Below, piece after piece: positions 1 to 6,294 of a stretch of 14,340 bases of DNA. Source of the stretch: an uncultured archaeon (lineage in GTDB: Archaea; Asgardarchaeota; Lokiarchaeia; Sigyniarchaeales; Promethearchaeaceae); contig CAYRPF010000047.1 in NCBI GenBank assembly GCA_964426185.1, positions 1-14,340 on the forward strand, read 5' to 3'. The translations under genes were made by a program, and so were the position numbers. Each line of letters starts with the position of its first letter. Within the stretch, counting starts at the first letter, position 1. Below the pieces are notes generated by a model that searched no databases, was not told the origin of the DNA, and worked only from the letters and a program-made list of their open reading frames with translations.

Positions 1-30
1 TCAAAAAGTGAGAAAATTTAAGTTAAATAA

Positions 31-876
31 TTAGAAGCTGATCTCAGTATGAGCAAACGGCTCATTTTGAAGAATTTTTTTTAGATTTCCGGGTTGATTC
101 ATGGAAAAGATGGAAACACGGAAATTATCTTTCTTCTTTTCAGAAAGAGCGAGAATAGTTTTAAGCTTACCAATCATCATTCCGCTTGCATCACTTTTAG
201 AAATCTCTTTTTCTGCCTTATAGAGAAATTCTTGAAGTTTAGCCTTATCAAAATGCATTATCGGTTTAATATCTGGATTTACATTTGGATCAGTAGAATA
301 TACCCCAGAAACATCAGTTGCAAATAAAATTCGCACAGGATTCATCTCTAAAGCCAAAATGGTAGCAATTTGATCTCCACTACACACAGAAAATCCCATT
401 GATTCATCAGATACCATATCTCCTCCAATTAGAGGAATCATGCCGACAGAAAGAAATCCAGCAATAGGTTTGACAAATATGCTCTGAATCATCCCCTTGT
501 TGGCGGTACATAAAGATGATGCATGAAACATGACGATAGGCACCTCACATTTTCGCAATTCTGAGGTGAGATGATCTCGAAGTTTATTTACGATTGCTTG
601 AGTATTTGACAACGGAATTAACTGTTCTTTGTTCTGAAACCCCCGATAAAGACCATGTTCAAGGACGGGAGGATGGCCAAAAGAACCTACACCATGGATA
701 ATGATTAGATCTTCTAAGATTCCAATTCTTAAGCATTCTCCAATCTCTTGAGATATTTGTTGGATTAACTCATGATTAAATGTATATGGTTTTGATTTAT
801 CTGTAATTAAAGATCCGCCAATTTTGAGAATAGTTAGATTACGGGACAATTTGACCAACTCGCTGAAAACAAGCAC
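31..876 (-). CDS. ipk: Isopentenyl phosphate kinase (amino acid kinase superfamily), divergent variant
   Basis: Motifs ILKIGGSLITDK (N-terminal Lys/Gly loop), IIIHGVGSFGH (IPK-specific catalytic His), GGDMV...SGDQI, LFATDVSGVY and DASGMMIGKL (canonical DVTGGMxGK). No ATG start: GTG at 876 or TTG at 849 (MSRNLTILK). Stop TAA. Confidence 0.88.
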   Translation of the reverse strand: MLVFSELVKLSRNLTILKIGGSLITDKSKPYTFNHELIQQISQEIGECLRIGILEDLIIIHGVGSFGHPPVLEHGLYRGFQNKEQLIPLSNTQAIVNKLRDHLTSELRKCEVPIVMFHASSLCTANKGMIQSIFVKPIAGFLSVGMIPLIGGDMVSDESMGFSVCSGDQIATILALEMNPVRILFATDVSGVYSTDPNVNPDIKPIMHFDKAKLQEFLYKAEKEISKSDASGMMIGKLKTILALSEKKKDNFRVSIFSMNQPGNLKKILQNEPFAHTEISF

Positions 877-933
877 TTTTTTTTAAGTAAGAAGTAACTA
901 AAAGAAAAAAAGGAAACATGCAAATTTTTTACA

Positions 934-1611
934 TTATTTCCAGATTTTTTTGATTTTTGAAATGGAATAAACCAAAATTCCAACTGATATCAAGACAATT
1001 GCCATAGATATCTGCAGAGCTTGATGCATCTGAACATTTGAGCCCAACATATGAGATGGTGCAGCCAAAATTGACTGAATCCAAATCAAAATCCCAGGAA
1101 AAATTAAGAAGGCTGAAATTTGTTCCCCTGAAACTCCAGATTTCTGTAAATCATCTTTTCCGGAAAAAGCTTTCCTAAAACCGGGCATCAGTAATAATAT
1201 TGCCACAATTGCATATACTATCGCTCTCATATAGGAAGGAGTCGAGGCACCACCAAGGGTAACAATTAAGTAAGGAATAAACCCACTAAGACATCCAAGA
1301 ATCGCAGTATATAATGCACCATTATAGGCCCATTTTTTTCTTTTTGCCAGCCCCCAAATCATCACTAAAGTCAAGACAGCAGCGGTATACGTTAAGATAT
1401 TCAAAGTTATGAAAGCCCATTGATTGGGCATCATCACATCATAGAGTGCTTGAGAAGAAGCAGAGACAGTTTCACCTGGTTCAACATCAAGTATCCTCTC
1501 CGGATGAAATGCAGGACAAGATCCCCCAACAGCGGACAACATTCCAATCAATGCAGCAAGCACTTCCATTATATAGATTGTAATTCGTTTTCCCTTCATA
1601 ATCAACACCAT
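934..1611 (-). CDS. Uncharacterised polytopic membrane protein (~6 TM), distant paralogue of 3551..4369
   Basis: 225-aa ORF of alternating hydrophobic stretches, co-oriented inside the operon. Contains GLAKRKKWAY...SGFIP, which matches the 3551 protein, and SCPAFHP after TM1. Alternative ATG at 1599 preceded by GGTG. Confidence 0.8.
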   Translation of the reverse strand: MVLIMKGKRITIYIMEVLAALIGMLSAVGGSCPAFHPERILDVEPGETVSASSQALYDVMMPNQWAFITLNILTYTAAVLTLVMIWGLAKRKKWAYNGALYTAILGCLSGFIPYLIVTLGGASTPSYMRAIVYAIVAILLLMPGFRKAFSGKDDLQKSGVSGEQISAFLIFPGILIWIQSILAAPSHMLGSNVQMHQALQISMAIVLISVGILVYSISKIKKIWK

Positions 1612-1648
1612 TTATGGTTAAAAAAAAGAGATCAAATAATAAAAAAAT

Positions 1649-2455
1649 CTACCCAATAAAAGTTGAAATTGAATAAGGCCACCAAGCCGGCGATAATAAC
1701 CCTAAAATGACAATTATCACCATAATTCCAATCGAAATCAGCAAATTATCAAGGCTTGGAGGCGACAATACTTCGATTATGGTTGCAATTAACGAAATAA
1801 AAAATAGTGGAAGTAGAAGTGATGCAAGATTCATGGTATCAGATGATATCGAAAAAATGCCTAACAAGATTAAACTGAATACAAATGAGCCAAAAAACAT
1901 TGCAAGGGAACCAGCAATTGTCTTTTTAGCCCCAGCAATCCCAAATGTTTTACTTCCACCAAATTTTCTCCCGAATATATCAGCAAGCCCATCTCCGCCA
2001 GCCAAACAACCAATGATAATAAAAGCCCCGGGATTGACTTGGTAATTTTCAGTTCTAGGTATGTAGAACCAAAATAAGGTCACTAATGCAATAACAACGG
2101 AATAAAACAGAGTTCCTCTTAATAACTCTTTCGGATCTCCAGTACGAGACATGGAGCGCACGAAATCCTCATCTTTTAAAATGCCTGTTCCAATGGCAGC
2201 AAATTGTACCACAAACAGAACTGGAACAATTAAAGCAATATAACGACTTGATATCGCTCCAGAAAAGAGAAGCCAACAAACAAGAAAGATAGGAGCAACG
2301 ATAATGTGAATGATTTTACGGGTTATATAGGTGGGAAGTATTCCGCTTTTTTGAATTCTTCCACTTATTTTCACTACAACCAGCAAAATTACAGTTGAAA
2401 TCAACATGGCTATTATGTCCCAAAGCCAAGCTAAATTTTCGGGAAATAGATTCAT
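1649..2455 (-). CDS. Phytol/farnesol kinase-like CTP-dependent polyprenol kinase (dolichol kinase / VTE5 / DGK1 family)
   Basis: Family motifs YITRKIIHI, SMSRTGDPKELLRGTLFY (close to the plant VTE5/FOLK SRxGDxxELLxGPLxY motif), GDGLADIFGRKFG, KKTIAGSLAMF and EVLSPPSLDNL; highly hydrophobic. Confidence 0.88.
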   Translation of the reverse strand: MNLFPENLAWLWDIIAMLISTVILLVVVKISGRIQKSGILPTYITRKIIHIIVAPIFLVCWLLFSGAISSRYIALIVPVLFVVQFAAIGTGILKDEDFVRSMSRTGDPKELLRGTLFYSVVIALVTLFWFYIPRTENYQVNPGAFIIIGCLAGGDGLADIFGRKFGGSKTFGIAGAKKTIAGSLAMFFGSFVFSLILLGIFSISSDTMNLASLLLPLFFISLIATIIEVLSPPSLDNLLISIGIMVIIVILGLLSPAWWPYSISTFIG

Positions 2456-2490
2456 ATTTTTTAACCTTTATTGATGAATTTTCTATTATT

Positions 2491-2525
2491 TTTTCAATTT
2501 TTCATACCATTTTCAATTTTTCATA
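2491..2525. repeat. 16-bp intergenic direct repeat (TTTTCAATTTTTCATA x2, period 19)
   Basis: Exact copies at 2491-2506 and 2510-2525, plus a degenerate third copy at about 2529-2545, between ctaB and the prenol kinase gene. Confidence 0.5.
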
Positions 2526-2551
2526 TTATTTATAATTTTTTCACAGCTATA

Positions 2552-3460
2552 CTAGAAAAGCACACCTATATAAAGAAGGAGAAAGCCCAAAACCATAAAA
2601 AATGAAGCAAATTTAAAAATCCGAAAAGTTTTCTTATAAGTAGGAGATACAAAATTCTCAATGACTAAACCAATCAAAATAAGACAAACAACTCCTATCA
2701 ATATCCTAATCAGTATATTCGTATGCAAATAGCAAGCGATGAGGAATAAAACAACTGCATTGATTAATGTGCTCCAGGTTATCACACGCATAGTCTCTTG
2801 AGCAGAACTCACCACGGGCCACATTGGAACTTGGGCTCTTTTATAACCTTCCAAATTCTCTGGAAACAAAGCTAAAGTAAGGATATGGACAGGGATCCAA
2901 GTAAGAATAAACAACAAGAAAAATAACCCTACATGGTCTATTTTTCCAATTGCCAATACCCTTCCCGACATAGCTGGAAGACCTCCTGCAATACCTCCAA
3001 AAATTATGCTTAATTTAGTTCTCCGTTTCAACCAAATGCTGTAAACAACGAAATCAAAGAAAAATCCCAGAAAAATTACAAAAGTGGTTAACCAGTCTAA
3101 AAATACCAGAGAAATAATTATACCTATTAGAGTAATAAAAGCACCTATGAGCAATACACTTTTTAATGAGATTTGACTACTGGGAATGGGACGATCTTTT
3201 GTGCGTTCCATTAATTCATCGATATCGTGATCTATGTACATGTTTAGAATAGTGGTTCCTGAAATAGTGAAGAAAAGAGAGATAAAAAGTATGCTTAAAT
3301 CAAGAATAGAAACAGGATTTGGAGCAATTGAAATAAGATAAGCAAATAGAGCGGTAAATATCAATAGAAGTGTTTGTTTCCATTTGATCAAATCTAAAAA
3401 AATCTGAAGGAATTTTGGATTTTTGGTTTTGATTTTTGAATCTTCGTTAGTTTCCATCAT
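2552..3460 (-). CDS. ctaB: Protoheme IX farnesyltransferase (heme O synthase, CyoE/CtaB)-like UbiA-family prenyltransferase
   Basis: LNMYIDHDIDELMERTKDRPIPS (NxxxDxxxDxxMxRTxxRP), VYSIWLKRRT...GGIAGGLP, WIPVH (cf. WxPPH) and YKRAQVPMWPVV (cf. DYxxAxxPMLPVV); about 9 TM helices. Confidence 0.87.
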   Translation of the reverse strand: MMETNEDSKIKTKNPKFLQIFLDLIKWKQTLLLIFTALFAYLISIAPNPVSILDLSILFISLFFTISGTTILNMYIDHDIDELMERTKDRPIPSSQISLKSVLLIGAFITLIGIIISLVFLDWLTTFVIFLGFFFDFVVYSIWLKRRTKLSIIFGGIAGGLPAMSGRVLAIGKIDHVGLFFLLFILTWIPVHILTLALFPENLEGYKRAQVPMWPVVSSAQETMRVITWSTLINAVVLFLIACYLHTNILIRILIGVVCLILIGLVIENFVSPTYKKTFRIFKFASFFMVLGFLLLYIGVLF

Positions 3461-3550
3461 TTTTTTTCATTTAAATTTTTTCATGTAAAATTTGATTGAT
3501 TAAATTAAAATAACATTATAAAAAAACTTTTAAAAAAATGCCAATTGAGG

Positions 3551-4369
3551 TTATTCTTTCTGACCAACTATTTTATTCCACCATTTTGGAATTAAAAAGA
3601 CAAAGCCAGTTAGTGTGCTGATAATTGGAGCCATGATAAACATGGAAAAACCAATGTTTGATCGGAAAAAGAACATCGAATAAATGGCTAAAGGAAATCC
3701 TGCGATTATAGATGAAAAAGTACCTGCTAAACCAATAATTCGGATAATTTCTTTGCGTTTACTCAGCATTACTCCAACTGTAGCAATACCAAAAAGGATC
3801 GAAGCAACCATATTCATCCGTTCGGTGAGTATGAATATTTCAGCATTAGTTAATTCGTTAGTCACCATCCTCGTAGTTGACGCAATACCATTGATGAAAT
3901 TCAAGATAAAGGCCATTCCTGTGAACAATCCTAACCAAATTTTATTCCACGCTTCTTTTCCAACTGATCGCAAAAGGTAAAAATAAACAATTAAATTGGG
4001 TAGAAAAATAAGGAACCATGGTCCTGGGACTGCGACTTTAGTCTCCATCATTGGAATATTTGGCCAAAAACTCGACTTTAACGAAAGCACAACCCCAATA
4101 ACTGCTAGAGGGTATGCCCACTTCTTTTTCTGTAAAAATCCTACTCCAGCTAACAACCATAACACACCTCCCAAGAAACCAAAATCAGCAAAAAGGGAAA
4201 GAAAATAGGGTGCCGTTGCCGCACAAGCTTGAGCGGCTTCAGTTTCAGCATCAAGTAATGGTTCCAAATACAGACAATAAAAAATATAATGAAGAAGTAT
4301 ACCCCCAATTCCTAGAATTATAGAAATAATGCCCATAAATGTATATTTTTCGAAATTTTTATCTTCCAT
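3551..4369 (-). CDS. Uncharacterised polytopic membrane protein (~8 TM), first gene of the prenyl operon
   Basis: Hydrophobic ORF. The ORF track starts at 4396, but the ATG at 4369 follows GGTGG (RBS-like) and 4396 lies inside the inverted repeat. His near the end of TM1; GFLQKKKWAY...SSFWP motif; the two halves look like an internal repeat. Confidence 0.8.
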   Translation of the reverse strand: MEDKNFEKYTFMGIISIILGIGGILLHYIFYCLYLEPLLDAETEAAQACAATAPYFLSLFADFGFLGGVLWLLAGVGFLQKKKWAYPLAVIGVVLSLKSSFWPNIPMMETKVAVPGPWFLIFLPNLIVYFYLLRSVGKEAWNKIWLGLFTGMAFILNFINGIASTTRMVTNELTNAEIFILTERMNMVASILFGIATVGVMLSKRKEIIRIIGLAGTFSSIIAGFPLAIYSMFFFRSNIGFSMFIMAPIISTLTGFVFLIPKWWNKIVGQKE

Positions 4370-4384
4370 ATGAAATCCACCAGT

Positions 4385-4416
4385 AAAAATAACCATTCAA
4401 TTTTATGGTTATTTTT
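4385..4416. promoter_or_regulatory. Perfect 12-bp inverted repeat (AAAAATAACCAT-N8-ATGGTTATTTTT), candidate operator or 5'-UTR hairpin
   Basis: Arms at 4385-4396 and 4405-4416 are exact reverse complements. It lies between the predicted TATA box (4436-4444) and the start of the first operon gene. Confidence 0.55.
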
Positions 4417-4435
4417 TTATTCTTAGACGTTTGAA

Positions 4436-4450
4436 TATTTAATAGTTTCG
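4436..4450 (-). promoter_or_regulatory. Putative archaeal BRE/TATA promoter of the prenyl operon
   Basis: The minus strand reads CGAAAC-TATTAAATA, a BRE-like element followed by a TATA box. This places the transcription start near 4410-4415. The AT-rich background lowers certainty. Confidence 0.45.
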
Positions 4451-4580
4451 TATATTTTCAACCTAACGCGAAATTTATGGAAATTTTCTACCCGATCTCA
4501 AGATAAAATCCATTTACCTATAAAGTATTTTATTTTAAATCATAGATAATTTAAAAAAGAGAAAAGATAAATTTTATTTA

Positions 4581-5264
4581 ATGAACGTATCCCAAAAGAA
4601 TAATAACATGGATGGTGAATTTGTTAAGGTTTCATTTTCTTTCCATTTTCCTCCAGAAACTTGGATTGCGAAAATTGCCGAGTTATTCCCTCATATTCAA
4701 TTTTTAATTCAATCATTGATTCTTATATCCCCTGCTCGAGCAATCTGTCTAATGCAAGTAAATGGAGTAAATTTAAAGCAATTTCAAAAGAAATTTATTT
4801 CTACTTATGATAAAAAAATGTATAATATTATTTTTCAAGATAATACCACGATTATCTTTAACATCATAATACCAAATCCTTGGGTGGTAAAAAGTATGTT
4901 TGATTTTCATATACATTTGCTTTATCCAATTTCAATACAACAAGAGATTGTCACCGTTCATGCCATGGCTCAACGAAAGAATTTGAAGGATATATTCCAA
5001 AACTCAAAATGGAAAGGACTACATGTCCAGATTAACAAAATTGAGAATTACTGTCAAGAATCCTTATTATCACCACGCCAAAATGAAATTTTGAATCAAA
5101 TTTTGGAAAAAGGATACTTTGAAATCCCTCGAACCAAATCATTAACGGATATTGCAAATGAGATGAACATGTCACCCTCTGCGTTATCTGAAAATATAAG
5201 AAGAATCACCAAAAAGTTAGCCAAATTTTATCAAAATTGCATGAAATCGCCAGATAATTTTTAA
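4581..5264 (+). CDS. HTH_10 (bacterio-opsin activator-type) transcriptional regulator
   Basis: C-terminal LSPRQNEILNQILEKGYFEIPRTKSLTDIANEMNMSPSALSENIRR matches the archaeal Bat-like HTH_10 pattern (LTxRQxExL...GYFxxPR...LxxIAxxLxxSxSxxSExxRR). The N-terminal ~160 aa is a putative ligand-binding domain, with no PAS/GAF motif recognised. Divergent from the prenyl operon. Confidence 0.88.
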   Translation: MNVSQKNNNMDGEFVKVSFSFHFPPETWIAKIAELFPHIQFLIQSLILISPARAICLMQVNGVNLKQFQKKFISTYDKKMYNIIFQDNTTIIFNIIIPNPWVVKSMFDFHIHLLYPISIQQEIVTVHAMAQRKNLKDIFQNSKWKGLHVQINKIENYCQESLLSPRQNEILNQILEKGYFEIPRTKSLTDIANEMNMSPSALSENIRRITKKLAKFYQNCMKSPDNF

Positions 5265-5284
5265 AAAATGTGAAAAAAAAGAAA
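5265..5284 (-). terminator. Oligo-T tract, putative archaeal intrinsic terminator of serC-serA
   Basis: The minus strand after the serA stop reads TTTCTTTTTTTTCACATTTT, in the 20-bp gap between convergent genes. Confidence 0.35.
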
Positions 5285-6277
5285 TTATTTCTGTATTGCT
5301 TTTAAGTTAACACAATCGATATATTTCCCATCATTCAATAGTTGTCCAATTTGATCGGCGGCTAAAGATGCTACATTAATTTGAGCTTCTTCCGTGCTTG
5401 CGCCTAGGTGAGGTGTGCAGATAACATTCTCAAGCTCAATAAAGGGGAAATCTTCTTTATTGGCTGGTTCCTTGGAATACACATCAATACATGCCCCTCC
5501 AATTTTATGATTTTTTAAAGCATCATATAATGCAGCTTCATCTATGACTGCACCGCGTGCACAATTAATGATTACTGCGGTATCTTTCATAATTTCAAAT
5601 TGCTCAGCACCCAACATACCTTTTGTTTCAGGAGTAACCGGAATATGAAGAGACAAATAATCAACTTCGGATAGAAAGTTGTTCAAATCATCATACAACT
5701 TAACAAAATCCAAACCCATTCCATTCAAACGTTCTTGGGTGACATATTTATCATAAGCAATCACTTTCATCCCGAATACTCTACATCGAGTTGCTACTCC
5801 GGCCCCAATGCGACCAATGCCTAATACGCCTAAGATTTTTCCCTTGATTTCTGTACCACTAAGTTTCTTCTTATCCCATCGACCAGCCTTCATGGAATTA
5901 TTGGCTTGTGGAATATGACGTGCAAAAGAAAGCATCAATCCCATTGTTAGTTCTACAACCGCATTTGTATTTCCAGTAGGAGTTATCAATACTGCGATTC
6001 CTTTTTCATTACAAGCTTCCACGTCGATGTTATTGTATCCAGCACCTGCTCGACAAATAACCTTTAGATTCTCTGCGGCTTCGATCACTTCGCGGGTAAC
6101 TTTCGTAGCACTCCGCACAATCATAGCATGAAATTCGGGTATTAATTGGATAAGTTCCCCAGTAGTGTGTTTTGTATTGATTACCACATCAATATTGGGA
6201 TATTTACCAAAAGTTTTCAGTCCTTCGGCAGAGCAATTATCTGCAACCAAACATTTGTAGGTTTCCATTTTTTTCAC
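5285..6277 (-). CDS. serA: D-3-phosphoglycerate dehydrogenase (short form without ACT domain) / D-2-hydroxyacid dehydrogenase
   Basis: MIVRSATKVT, ICRAGAGYNNIDV, GKILGVLGIGRIG (Rossmann GxGxxG), SLHIPVTPET, INCARG, DVYSKEP, TPHLGASTEEAQ. Directly downstream of a SerC-type aminotransferase. Start is GTG 6277 (AGGAG upstream) or ATG 6268 (GGTGA upstream). Confidence 0.85.
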   Translation of the reverse strand: MKKMETYKCLVADNCSAEGLKTFGKYPNIDVVINTKHTTGELIQLIPEFHAMIVRSATKVTREVIEAAENLKVICRAGAGYNNIDVEACNEKGIAVLITPTGNTNAVVELTMGLMLSFARHIPQANNSMKAGRWDKKKLSGTEIKGKILGVLGIGRIGAGVATRCRVFGMKVIAYDKYVTQERLNGMGLDFVKLYDDLNNFLSEVDYLSLHIPVTPETKGMLGAEQFEIMKDTAVIINCARGAVIDEAALYDALKNHKIGGACIDVYSKEPANKEDFPFIELENVICTPHLGASTEEAQINVASLAADQIGQLLNDGKYIDCVNLKAIQK

Positions 6278-6294
6278 CCTGTTCTCCTTTTATT

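Noticed and set aside
2491-2545. Direct repeats as a mini CRISPR array
   Set aside because: The units are only 16 bp with a 3-bp gap, are low-complexity, and have no spacers or cas genes.
1649-3460. UbiA protein as DGGGP synthase and kinase as CDP-archaeol synthase (core ether-lipid operon)
   Set aside because: The UbiA protein has CyoE/CtaB-specific motifs (MxRTxxRP, LKRRT, WxPxH, PMxPVV), and the kinase has the RKxxH/GDG polyprenol-kinase motifs rather than those of CarS.
934-4396. Membrane proteins as rhodopsins, suggested by the Bat-like regulator and isoprenoid genes
   Set aside because: No DxxxK or SxxxK retinal-binding lysine within a seventh helix, the TM counts (~6 and ~8) do not fit, and there are no crt/blh genes.
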